In this document: in pieces, positions 1 to 11,500 of the stretch
Numbering within the stretch: the first letter of the stretch is position 1
Layout of the letters: each line of letters opens with the position of its first letter
Assembly: GCA_009859145.1 (NCBI GenBank)
Contig: VRVR01000027.1
Span: forward strand, 257,974 to 321,973
Source: Andalucia godoyi And28
Lineage: Eukaryota > Protista > Jakobida
DNA: 64,000 nucleotides
Direction: 5' to 3'
Position numbers and translations under genes: made by a program
The notes under the pieces: model-generated
The model's input: the letters and a program-made list of their open reading frames with translations, nothing else
What the model was told of the DNA's origin: nothing
Databases searched by the model: none

Positions 1-1198
1 TGCACACTGAAGCAATGACAGTTCTTTACACAAAATTCAGCTATTCGATTCCCATGTCGTTGACCATGATTCGAGACAGAAGTTTCTGGAAACAAACGGA
101 CAATCGAGCATTTTTAATAGAGAGGCAGCAAAAGAAGTATCAAAACAATCAAACCACCGCAGAGCATATCACTGCCATGCGGCCATTTCATGGAAACACA
201 CAACAAACACTTCAAGCTGCTCGAAGACACGGCGAGGCTTTATATCAGCCGAGAATCGGTTACCGCTATCTGTAGAACGTCGAGTTTTGCGCTCATCACG
301 TACAGTCCCAATCCGTTTCGCGAAGTCTTGCAGGTCTCTCGAGTGATGATATGCATTGTAGAGAGCATTACAGGTGTTGCAGTCTCTGTCCAGCTCGTCA
401 TCGGTGTCATATGTCAGTTTCTTCATCCCTGAAGGACGAGACCGTTTCTTCAGCAGAACTTCTGTTATGCCTTGCAAATACTTGCAAAAGAATCCAATTC
501 ACTGGTGAGTCGAAGAGACTTGGAGGGTTCGTTAGGAAACAAATTAAAAATAGTCGTGCGCCAAGAGGAATGGATAACATGTTGCTGGCCACCCCGAAGT
601 CCAGCGCTTGTCATATTGGACTGCGGATGGCTTTGAGAATTTGTTGCAGGTGGAGATAACTGTTCAGCGGCAGTTGCAGAACGAGAAGCTCCTGTCTCCG
701 CGGGTGCATCATTGTTCGTGGCATCGTCCTCGTTAGGCCGCACAACGACTTGCGACTACGCGACTGTGCAGTCCTCCGGTCCGAGACCTGGAACATAACT
801 TGTTTCTCAGAGATGCCTCCCTTTCTTTGAGTTGCGAAAGCAACTGAGTCAAAACCAATTCTAATTGGTTTAGCGAAAAACTCGCGGACCCACTAGCGTT
901 CATTTGCCGTGAGAAAAAGAAGAAGATGTTGAACAGAAAAACAAAGCTGAGGCAGCAATCAACTTCTGGAAATTGTTGTTTTGGTGAATTTCGGTCGCTG
1001 CACTGTATAAAATCAATAGTTGATGCTGGATGCTGTGCACTCCTCAAAAAAAAGGCGGGGAAAAACCGATTTTTGCAACGACAGTCTCACGTGACTACGT
1101 GGCTGGGCCGTGGGGAGCATGAAAACACCAGAATTCTTCGCTCTACCTCGAAACCTACAATTTGAAAATCACGTAACTGTCCTCTTTGAGTTTGGTCA

Positions 1199-4100
1199 TT
1201 GTTTCGCTTTTTTCTTGTTTGCGGACCTATCGTTGTTATCATGAAATTCTCCTTGATCAGCTCATGGATTTGTTCCTTCGAAGATTCGAAAATTGACAAG
1301 TTGAACTTTGATGTGACAAAAATTCTAGATCTTCTCGAAGAAACCATATCCTGGATTTTATTCAGTCATCGAAAACACGATCCCCTTTCATTTCGGATTT
1401 ATGTGGATGCTTTTTGGAAGAGCCGTATTTCCGCGCTCGTCACTCAAGGTGATGATGGTTTTCGGAAAATCCAACGTTACCTGAAACTTGATACATTTTG
1501 TGATCAGTGCCTTGGCGGTCGTAGGCCTCAGGGAAACTTTAAATCCGCTTCCAAATTATGGTCGGTATGGTTGGCATTGATTTCACAAGATCAGACAGCG
1601 ACCTCACAATTTTGTATGTCGATGTCGAAAGACCTTGGACTTCTTCGCACGCAAATGTGTTCATTTATTGTTCTTACTTGCGAGTGTATGTTTCGGGTGA
1701 TCGAGATGAATAATTGTTCTATGAGCATCCTTCAGGGTTACCGTCCTTTCTTTGAAGTGATAATCAATGACGAGCAACTTGCTAATGATATGCCCAACGA
1801 CATTATCCAATGCGCACTGTGTTTTGCAAACTATGTTATCACCCGGGCAAAGAATGCACCTGTTCTTCAAGATTGTCAAAATCTTTTGAAGATGGCTTCT
1901 CAGTTCTGCCAGGTAGAATCATCCGGGGACACAGAATATGCTCGCAGATGGGTTCTTGCCAAAATGCTATTTTACAGCGCTTTAATCCGTCGTTCGAAGA
2001 AAGATTTCGAATCCAATCTTAGAAGATGTATGGAACTCGTGGATCTTCGAAGTTCCTGGAGTCATTGCAGACCGGAATTGCGCGAGAAAATGCGGATACT
2101 TTTGTTTAACGCTCAAGTGCAACATGACCTGGGGTTCTCCTGGACACCAAGTGACAAAGAAGTCGTCATTCTCTCTCATTCATCTTCAGGTCCCCTTTCT
2201 CCTCGAAAAACATCAAAAAAGCAAAAGCAAAATGATGAAGATCTCATGGAGAAACCCACACCCTTCAATCCTTCGCCTTCATGGTTTATTGAGCGAGAGA
2301 ACTCTTCTTCCACTCTGCAGTCACTGAGGTTGAATCAAACATCCATGTCGGAATTCTGGACTGCTAGCTTTCATTTCTGCAGAGCATCCTTTGAAAGCGG
2401 CTTGTCGTCTGGAAATTACGAAGATTTCCTGTTTTCTTTGTTTTGTTGCTTTCAGTGCTTCAAGCAGGTTTATCAACATGATACTCTTTTGATATCGAAA
2501 TCTTTTCGCCCTTTTCTAGGTGTCTTCCTGTTTTCCGCTCAACATCTATGGCTTATTTCGACGGATCCTTTGCGGCAAGAAGTTCAAGATTGCCTTACTT
2601 TGACTTACAAATTGCGTTCAAAGCATGTGGATATATCCAGTTCTTTGATCTGGAAGCGCTTGGGTGTGTGGCTTTTCGACCATGCGTTAATACCGGTTCA
2701 AGATCTGATTTTTGACTCAAAGGATATGTTCCTTCATCATTTATGTGATCCAAACAGTCCTCATAACGCCAACGCGACCCATCAACTTTTCCCGTCGATC
2801 AAATCATTAGATGTTGATGTGCAGCAAAAGTCCCTGAAGATTACTTTTGATGACAGCATCGTCATTTGGGACGCCTGGAATGATATTTTACATCTCTCCA
2901 TCTTTTGGAAATACCACATTCCGAGCTTCAGTAGCATCAAAGATGTTCTTTACGGCTTGTTGCAGCCTTCTATGTCGGTTGTTGCACATGCTTTTGTAGG
3001 CGGTACTTCATACAAACTGCAGATTCGGAAAAACGGAATGGTTTTAAGTACTTTCTCAGAAGACGAAAACCTTTTCGCTTTGTTTGAGAGTATATATGAA
3101 GATGACACTTTGACATTGTCACAACTCATCGAAAAAGTGCAACTACTGGAATATCGCAGTATCATTCTCCAGTTCTTGTTTGATTTTTTGTCGAAGAAGG
3201 TGACCGGATTTCCTCTGTCTATTCCAGTATTGTCTGTATTTCGATCAAGAACATTATCATTGCTCAAAGGACGAGGCCTGAAGTGTTTGTATGAAGAAGA
3301 TATCGAGAAGTCATATCAGTCAACATGGAGCAACTTCCCGGAGATTTCTAAAAAGTGTTTTCTCGACCTGACTAACCGTGAACTTGGCTGTGTTATTGGT
3401 CTTTCATCGTATTCGATCACAGAATATGGAAAATGGGTGTCGCGATGTGTATCGGACAATGGATATGTTCTCTTTGGATTTCTTTTCGATCTGTCAGAAA
3501 ATGGAGACCATCTCAGCATTACGTTTGACTGTGCTGAAGACTATAATGACAAGGATTTGCGTGCGATGTTCCATGACCTGTGGAAACGTTGTTTTCAAGT
3601 TGATTACGTGCCTCATTTGACAATCACACCTCGTCAAACGTTATACCAAAACGTTGTGCAGTCTACAATTCAACAGCTATCTAACAACATGCAGACATTG
3701 CAGTCTCTCGAGGACTGTAAAAACGCTTGGGACGTCATGTATCAGTTTGGAAAAGGCAATTTGGATCGTCATCTCGATATTTTGAATGTCGTTATATGGG
3801 TCATTATGCGGTCTTCGTGGGTGCGAAAGGATAAGTTGGAATTGGTCGATATTGCCATTCAAGATTTCGGGTTCGCAAGATTGATTGAAAAACACAGTGA
3901 TCTCAACGATCTTTTGTGGTTGACCTTTGACGATGAAAAAAAGCCGAAAATCCCGTGGGACCTCACTGTGGATCAGGTGCTTTCTCGAGTAGACACTAGA
4001 GGATTCGAAATGCTTGCTTCAGACATGCAATGTTTCCGTGACAGTATCAAGGAAATGAGGAAAAATGGACGCAATGTTCTGTCTGAAGTCTTCAACCATG

Positions 4101-4225
4101 CTAAATGGTCGGATCGCGAAAAGTTTATTGCGACGAGGACTCTGAAAACTGCTGGGTTTTATTTTACAAACGAGCAAACAAAGCTTTTTGAACGATACAG
4201 GAAAGCCTTTTCTGAGTCTGTGTAG
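1199..4225 (+). CDS. Hypothetical 1008-aa protein, probably largely helical; no family recognised
   Basis: Uninterrupted 3-kb ORF. The exact start is uncertain; an in-frame ATG (MKFSL) lies 14 codons into the ORF. Confidence 0.8.
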   Translation: MFRFFLVCGPIVVIMKFSLISSWICSFEDSKIDKLNFDVTKILDLLEETISWILFSHRKHDPLSFRIYVDAFWKSRISALVTQGDDGFRKIQRYLKLDTFCDQCLGGRRPQGNFKSASKLWSVWLALISQDQTATSQFCMSMSKDLGLLRTQMCSFIVLTCECMFRVIEMNNCSMSILQGYRPFFEVIINDEQLANDMPNDIIQCALCFANYVITRAKNAPVLQDCQNLLKMASQFCQVESSGDTEYARRWVLAKMLFYSALIRRSKKDFESNLRRCMELVDLRSSWSHCRPELREKMRILLFNAQVQHDLGFSWTPSDKEVVILSHSSSGPLSPRKTSKKQKQNDEDLMEKPTPFNPSPSWFIERENSSSTLQSLRLNQTSMSEFWTASFHFCRASFESGLSSGNYEDFLFSLFCCFQCFKQVYQHDTLLISKSFRPFLGVFLFSAQHLWLISTDPLRQEVQDCLTLTYKLRSKHVDISSSLIWKRLGVWLFDHALIPVQDLIFDSKDMFLHHLCDPNSPHNANATHQLFPSIKSLDVDVQQKSLKITFDDSIVIWDAWNDILHLSIFWKYHIPSFSSIKDVLYGLLQPSMSVVAHAFVGGTSYKLQIRKNGMVLSTFSEDENLFALFESIYEDDTLTLSQLIEKVQLLEYRSIILQFLFDFLSKKVTGFPLSIPVLSVFRSRTLSLLKGRGLKCLYEEDIEKSYQSTWSNFPEISKKCFLDLTNRELGCVIGLSSYSITEYGKWVSRCVSDNGYVLFGFLFDLSENGDHLSITFDCAEDYNDKDLRAMFHDLWKRCFQVDYVPHLTITPRQTLYQNVVQSTIQQLSNNMQTLQSLEDCKNAWDVMYQFGKGNLDRHLDILNVVIWVIMRSSWVRKDKLELVDIAIQDFGFARLIEKHSDLNDLLWLTFDDEKKPKIPWDLTVDQVLSRVDTRGFEMLASDMQCFRDSIKEMRKNGRNVLSEVFNHAKWSDREKFIATRTLKTAGFYFTNEQTKLFERYRKAFSESV

Positions 4226-4356
4226 ACACATGAGATGGCGCTTCGCACCTACACACACATCTTTCTCTATCGCTTCATTTTCCTGCATTCTTTAGCGAGC
4301 GCTCTGACGGATTCTGGCGATATGGACACATGTGTTTCATCGATTTCCTTCAATTA

Positions 4357-5916
4357 TCAGTATAATTCTTTCTTTTTCGTGTCTGAATCGAGTAAATCAC
4401 CAGAGAGCGCGGATCGAGGGTACTCATACACTCGACAATTCTGAATATCATCAGGTAATTCACATATGTACCTCCGTTTTTCACGAATCTGATACATATG
4501 AAACTTCCAATCCTTCCTTTCCTTGAAGCTGTTGTTGGGGACAGGCAGCATGTACTTCTGAATCATTCGACCTAGGTTGTTGGCCTTCGTTCGCCATAAT
4601 GTGAAAAGATCCACGGAGGATACTGTTGTATCGATGTTTGGACCGAGATGCTCCGTCCACAAATCATGAAAAAGATCGGTAGCAAATTTCTCGTCATGTA
4701 TGGTTGCAATCAATTCTTGATCTTGCTCAAAGCTTCGATCGTTGAAATTGGCTGAACCAATGACCGCAATTTGCTTGTCAACAATCATAAGTTTCGAGTG
4801 CACATAAATCATGCTACACGATTCGACAAGATATCCACTCTCTTGAGTTGATTGGCTTTTCAAGGAGTAATTCATTAACGCCGAAAATGCGATGAAATCT
4901 ACCACATCATCTCGCTTATCCTCATTCACGCGCGAGCTCACGTGCTCAATGAAGGCATCAATAGAAGTGCGAGTAGCAGCATGTAACGGAGAACCCAACG
5001 ACAAAGGACAGATTTCGGCATCGGGAAAGGCCGGTAAAAGGATCACAACTCTAAATGATTCGTTGTTTTCTACTGCTCGAACTAGACGATCCGCCAACGC
5101 GGACATTGGCGTATCTCGAATTACTTCTCCTTCCTCATGGATGTGAAGACTGGAAAAATACTGATTTTCTACATATATCAATTCTTTCGCTGTATGAATG
5201 AGATGAATGTACTCCGCTGCAATTGGATGAGGAGTTTCAAAATCCTTCCGGAACGGATTCATGAAGAACCGAACCTTGGAATCCCGCGAGCATTTCGAAA
5301 AGTGATTTTCTCTCATATTCCTCAGAACCTGTACAGCATATTTGTTCTTCCCGAATGCGTGTGTAAGGCGATGGTAGGCATGGGAACAAATCTCAGAGCC
5401 TGTTCCTTCAAATGAAACATTCAAGTCATGCCAAGGCAGTCGGGTGTCGTGAGCCCATCGTGGAAATAGCTTGTTATATACCCCGCGCGGAAATGGGACC
5501 GTTCCATGGAGTTGTGTATCATACCTATCTGGTAAAATATCGAGACCACCAAAGAATACAGTTCGATTGTCCACGACGACAATTTTCTCATGCCGGCTCC
5601 AGATGACACTTTCACTTAGACTAAACAATCTACTCATTTCTTTCACAAATAACCGTGATCTATGCGTAGAACATAGAAGCTTCCATTCCTCGGCATCTGC
5701 TTTGATTTTCCAACAAACGATAAACCCACATGAATCTTTGTCTCGCTCCATAACATCGTTCAACGCCTGATGAAGCGCTCTGCCTTCTTTCAATTGAGTT
5801 AACGGATCCAAAGACAAGCCAATAATGATAAAGCATTTTCGACAACTTTGCAATGCTTTGTCAAGTGCCTCAAAATAACTGTTGCCGTCAACTAAAGATT
5901 GAATGGAGTTTTGCAT
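4357..5916 (-). CDS. Phospholipase D, eukaryotic type, catalytic core only
   Basis: Two HxKxxxxD motifs (HEKIVVVD, HSKLMIVD), plus VDGNSYF, RLPWHD, IYVENQYF and GSANFNDRS, all typical of eukaryotic PLDs. No PX, PH or C2 domain in this ORF. Confidence 0.9.
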   Translation of the reverse strand: MQNSIQSLVDGNSYFEALDKALQSCRKCFIIIGLSLDPLTQLKEGRALHQALNDVMERDKDSCGFIVCWKIKADAEEWKLLCSTHRSRLFVKEMSRLFSLSESVIWSRHEKIVVVDNRTVFFGGLDILPDRYDTQLHGTVPFPRGVYNKLFPRWAHDTRLPWHDLNVSFEGTGSEICSHAYHRLTHAFGKNKYAVQVLRNMRENHFSKCSRDSKVRFFMNPFRKDFETPHPIAAEYIHLIHTAKELIYVENQYFSSLHIHEEGEVIRDTPMSALADRLVRAVENNESFRVVILLPAFPDAEICPLSLGSPLHAATRTSIDAFIEHVSSRVNEDKRDDVVDFIAFSALMNYSLKSQSTQESGYLVESCSMIYVHSKLMIVDKQIAVIGSANFNDRSFEQDQELIATIHDEKFATDLFHDLWTEHLGPNIDTTVSSVDLFTLWRTKANNLGRMIQKYMLPVPNNSFKERKDWKFHMYQIREKRRYICELPDDIQNCRVYEYPRSALSGDLLDSDTKKKELY

Positions 5917-6154
5917 TTGATTGTAAAAACAAGAAAAGATAGATAGATCTTAATTACCCAGACCGATAAATTTCCTTGTCAAAAAAGTGCGAAATGCGAC
6001 AGCGCAACAGTTCTTTTGCACGTTGCATGAAGAGTTTCCAGGCGTCGCCGTTTGCCGACTGATCTTTGACGTTCGAATCTAGAATCAAATGACGCAGCTG
6101 TCTCCCGATCAATGGCACCTCCCAAGCCCGGTGAATTGCTGCAACCACCACTTA

Positions 6155-8323
6155 CACCTAAACATCACGGATTGTGTAAGCGATCCATTTTTACAGTCAG
6201 GTATCCATTTTGAATTGTAAGGCTTGACGCCAAAGATCCAAAATTCCTTCTTTTTTTCCCGCGTTCTTCTTTATTTCGCTCAGCTGCACGGTGCACCGCT
6301 GTTTTGATGTTTTACGAGGAAAGTCAGACGGAGCGCTCACTTCGAATTTCCTAGTCATCATCATCATCTTGTCCTTCTCCCAGATGTTGTTGAACAGCAT
6401 GGATGGTGGCGCCTGCTGGCTGTGGCTCTCCAGTGTCTGATTCTTCAACAGTCTCTTCGTGTTCTTCGCTGAGTCCTATCGATGCGTCCGTTCTTGCCGG
6501 GGTGTACTCCAACCCCCATTCTTTGAATTTGCGAATCGCCGCAGCTTCCTTCTCGTCTCCTGTGTGAACGTGGTCAAGAAGCCGCTGCGTTGATACCGGC
6601 AGACGGTCCAAGGAATCTATGAAGGACGACAGAGTATGATTCCAGGCACCTTTGATTCCAGAAGAAGTGACTTGGCGGTAGGCCTTGCATATCAAGTCGA
6701 CAAGATTCTCCTTTGAATGCGGAAGAGTGTTCATCACAATCTGTGTGAAATACCATTTCCACATGCTGAAGACTTCCTCACACGGATCGAGAAACGGCGA
6801 GTACGGGGGCAAAAAGCACATTTCAATGCCTTCTGGGATTTCAGATTTTTGCTTTGTGGATAGCACAGTTGTCCTGGACAATGAGCTGTTTTGGATCCCC
6901 TTCCTTGGGAATTCCTCCAGTCTTCTGCAACTCGGCGAAGAGATGTTTGAGAAAATCAGCGTATGTTTGCGCTTTGACGCTGCCGAGGTAGCACCCAAAA
7001 TACGCGATCCTCTCTTTGTTCACGCCTCGATTGCAGAAACGTTCGGAAGGTCGAGCTTCCATTCGGCACCAGCGGTCTGCATCCTTTCACACTCAGGCCT
7101 TCGCTTGGGAACACGCAAACATTGAACGGTGTCTCGTCGATGAAGATTGCATTGTCGTACTCCGCACGTTTCACAGTCGACATCATCTTTGCGTACTGGT
7201 ACCTTGCTTCGATGATCCTCGGCAAATTTCTGCTTAGGGAGGCTGGATAGAAATCAGTTGCTCAGAATCCCAAATGTAAATGCATCCAGTGCTGTAGCAC
7301 TGCAGCCCCGTTTTCCCGATCGTGCTGTTCCAGTTTTGGAAACTGCTTCTGCATCATTCCCACCAGGTCTTTGTAGTGGAGAGTGTTGTCGATGACCAGT
7401 GCCGCGCTGCCCAAAGAAGCTGGTCATCAAAAAATAGTCGAGGTCGTCGGCACTTGGGGATTCATCGCTCCGTGCGCGAGTGGCTGAAGCGGATCTTCTC
7501 CCCATCTCGCCCGCTTTTGCATCCGGTGAAATGTCTGGTACAGAGTCTCTTCTTTGTGATTCAAAACGACGGCCAGATCGTGCAATGTGGATGTATCGTT
7601 GCGTATGCTGTTCCAGACAATCTCCTTGTCTCTCCGGCAGATGGTGTCCTTTGGTTGTCGATGCTGTGTCGCTTTCTCTTCTTCACCTTCGTGCGACTCC
7701 TGGTCTTCCTGTTTTTTCTGTTCCACGCTGGTGTCAACGGCCACTGTCATTAAGAATTGACGAACCCCTGCTTGGATGGTGGCCTCTCTGGCTTTGTTTG
7801 CCAGCTCTGCTTTTGCAGTCGCTTCCTTATCTCTTTTTTCTTGCTCCTGAAGACGCAACCTCTGCGATTTCGACATGAAATCCGTCAGGGTGGTATGGCT
7901 GAGCTCTGGAAAGTGGTCTTCGGGCAGCTGGGGCATGTTCTGCTCTCCAACATCGGTGGAGACAACGAGTTGTACAGCCTCACTCGGTTGCTGCAAGAGC
8001 CTGGCTGCATTCACATTTGTTCTCCGTATCGCGGGTGACTTGACTGCCGGGGTACTTGCGTTGTTGTTACCTTGGCTGGTGCTTGGGGTTAGGTCCCTTG
8101 ACGGACTCGCTGCAGCACTTCCTGGGGAACTTCCGGAATCGGAATGTTGGACAGGGATTCTTGCGTCTGTTGGGTCGCGGCTTTTCATACTTTAAATGGA
8201 TCGCATTCTTTGTCGGCCATGTTTCTCTGCTTATTCGGTTGCTGTTTTAGGGTAAAGCTGACAATTCAAAATGGATCTCTTACACCATAAAATGGACCGC
8301 TTGTAATCCGCGATGTTTTGGTG
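6155..8323 (-). mobile_element. Decayed Tc1/mariner-IS630 superfamily DNA transposon (2169 bp) with a frameshifted transposase
   Basis: Imperfect ~65-bp TIRs (CACCTAAACATCACGG... / ...CCGCGATGTTTTGGTG), each containing TCCATTTT twice. TA dinucleotides at 6153-6154 and 8324-8325. Transposase motifs IFIDETPFN, IVQDNCAIH and FLPPYSPFLDPCEEVF lie in different frames. Confidence 0.88.
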
Positions 8324-8591
8324 TAAGTGACAATTGCGACAGTTCGCATGGTTGAGGGGTATCGACTATCGAGACCAAGATTGCCGCGCAATTCTTCCAA
8401 CCGACAATTGATGCTGGGAGACAAATTGTTTTTTTGCCACCAGCTCTCGCCCAGCCATTGCAGAAGCGAAATTTGACTGACCTGCTTTGCGGAGTAAAGT
8501 CTTCGCTATTTTCGGTTCCTTTCTGTTTGTTCTCTGAACTGTTTATCCTGAATCTGGAAGAACATTGTGATAAATTCTGTCAACCTACCAC

Positions 8592-11500
8592 ATGTTTCAG
8601 CGATTATTTTTAACGTACAATGCTTTCAATAGCATCGAGAGTTCGTTGAGCGGCATTGATGCGGACATTCGAATCACTCCTTTACGGCAACAGTTGTCGG
8701 CAGTTCGGCAGTCTCTTGAACAATCCGTCCACGGTCGCAAGGCTGCTGTGGCATTTTTTGGAGAAACTGGTGCAGGAAAGAGTTGTCTCATCAATGCGTT
8801 GCTTGGCACTCCGCTTTGCCTGCCACCTGGTGCAGGGGAGTCTGGAACGCATGTGCCCGTCATTATCCAAAAGGATGATATGGTTGATAAATACTCTGTC
8901 CGTCGAATTTTTTGGGATCCCAAGGAACTATTGGCGAATCTGTGGGAAGCTGCACGGAGTGCAAAGCTGGTATCAACAAAAGGTTGCGACCAAAAACTTA
9001 CCACAACCGGTTTGTCCGATTCTTCTGAGAATTCAACAGCCGGTAATGATTCTCAAAGTTCAGATGTGTATGAAGATTGTTTGCCTATGGCTGTTCCTCC
9101 GCAACTTCCTGTCCATGATTCTGCTATTTTGGAGGTTGCGGAACAAATATTTGGGAAAGCGACTCGTTTTGAAGACGACAAAAAGAAGAGATACAGGGAG
9201 GTCTTGCATTCTGTGAAACTCAATAGAGATTATCTTCAGAATCCTGAATATTTTGGCGATCCTCAAAGTGTTTTTGAATATATCCGCGATCATGTTGAGC
9301 GGAAAGCCAACACTGTCCATTCTATCCAGACGGACAAAGAGATTGAGAATTTCTTTTTGCGAAATGTTGTCATCAGAGGGCCATTCCCAGACGCAATGGT
9401 CCCTGACGGCATGGTGCTGATGGATATGCCCGGTCTCATGGACGGAGAATGGATGTCTCAGTTTGCTGTTGTGTCCGAACTGCACAGGTCTTCCAGAGCT
9501 GTATTGGTGGTCAAAAATGATACTCCAGGCAATCATCAAATGATCCAAGATTTATTTGCCTTGATATTTTCTCTCTGCTCTTCTTCACATAATCTGAACC
9601 TGGTGAATAATTTCATCATAGCTATATCCCACAAGGGATGTAAGCCTCCTCAAGTTTCGCAGAAGTATGTGAAGGGGTACCTTGAAAACTTTGAAACTCA
9701 ACGAATGAAAGCAAGCCCTGATTCAAACAGCTCGAAACCGACATTCGTTGCTGTCAACTCTGTGATGTGCCTGATTCACAAGAAAGGTGTTTCTCTAAAG
9801 CAGCCTGCGCTTCTGGAAATGTGGAATCTGGAAGCCGATGAATTCGATGACATTTTGCATAATGGCAAAACAACAGCTGTTGCGTACATGGCCGACTTAT
9901 GCGACATGTGTCAAAATTTGTTTTCCACAAATGTAGCCTCTAATTTGAGAGATTTGAAGAAACTTGTGTCATACTTGCGTGCGCAATCAAGAGGTGATAT
10001 TTATTCATCCGAGTTGTTTCGGATTGATTATGAGAAGCTCCGACTGTCTCTTGCTCGTTGTTTACTAAAAGGCCAACGTAGACTCGAAGACTACTGCAAA
10101 GAAACCAAAGACAGGGGACTTTTGCGTTTGGTCGCTCATGTTTCCAGATTCATGGAGGACGCGGAAGACGTTGATGAGACCATCTTAGTTCTCGCACGGC
10201 GTATATTTGTTGGATCTGATGCTCGCCCCCAAATATGGTGGTTTAAGTTTGTTTCATTTGCTTCACAAATTGCAAGGGAAGCATATGATGATTGTCTCAT
10301 TGCTGTCGAGAAGTTTGCTTCACACGCCGATGGACTAAGTGGTGTGCGCCCCGATGACTTTTTGGGATGGCATTGGACTCTTCGTTTGGAACTAGATCTT
10401 CTCTTCAATGGCGTTGCGTCAAGGGCCTCCGCACAGTTAGAAAATTCTGTAGAGATTCTGATGGATTCTATCCGAACTAGAACAGGAGATATTATTTTGC
10501 GAACAAACTCCATTTCTGCACAAGAGTCTGATTCTACTGAAGAAGCTGCAGTAGAAGAACAACAGGTTGTTCAGTTTCAGAATTTTGTGAAATCTCTGTC
10601 AGAAAACTTTTTTTCCGTGCAGAAGTTGGTGAATCTCTTTGATGACCTTCCGAAAAATCCGACATTGTGGACGAAGCGACCTAAATCAATTTCAAGCACT
10701 ATCTTTGATGAAATCACGAATGTTCTGGAATGTTTGGACTCACAGAGCACTTTCAGCGGTCAAGGCTTGATTGGTGACCTGACAGCTGCACTTCAGCAGT
10801 ATCGCGAAAGGCTCAAGCAGTTGATGTTTCCACAAAAATGGTCTGCTGGCTCTGAGCCTGGAATCTTCCTAGCAAAATTACTTTCTGACCCTGCCAAATG
10901 TTCTCTTGCGTTAATTTGCAAGAAGCTCGGGGTGTTTTTTGCGCCGTATATGTTTGGCCATTTTGTGGACGAACGATCGTGCCCGAAGAATGAGCGCCTT
11001 GAGAATGCAATGATTGATTATTTCAGGAAGTCGGGTTGGGACGCAACAACTGTACTAAGGGATTTGCACTCGACAGATGACAACGATTGCAGGTACACCT
11101 GGACTTGGTTTGATTTCCTTATCTCAATTCGTGATCAACTCCATGTTTGCGGATTTTTATTGGATCATGTTGAAGCAACGACGGAATTCAAATTTTACCT
11201 CAAGCTATCTAGCGACGATGTGTTGGTGGCAGTGCACGATCGACTCTTGTCGCTGTGGCGTCGAAGGATGAACGGATTCACGTGCTCTCCCCCACCGCTT
11301 TGTTTAGTGAAGGAATCTTCATCTTTTGCTTTTGAAAGTGTAGAAGCTTCTGGAATGTCCTTCTGCGCAAATGCGTGTGTTGGAAGCACATCGAACACTT
11401 TGGGTGGCTTCATTTCCGCCGGTGGTCGTGTTTTTGGCGTTCTTTGTGGTCATCTTTTTCTGGACATCAAGGATGTTGTGCGAGTAGAATGTTGTAAGGT

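Larger units (their letters stand above)
1..8323. repeat. Left arm of a large inverted duplication (may extend beyond the window start)
   Basis: Every ORF here has an identical partner on the opposite strand with coordinate sum 21234 (1199/20035, 4357/16877, 8188/13046). Spot checks at 1-30 and 6001-6060 are exact reverse complements of the right arm. The match breaks at 8324 vs 12910. Confidence 0.97.

Noticed and set aside
15-1050. Genes in the short ORFs at the window start (mirrored at 20187-21237)
   Set aside because: Several short overlapping frames with no recognisable motif. This may be a decayed gene, but no call can be supported.
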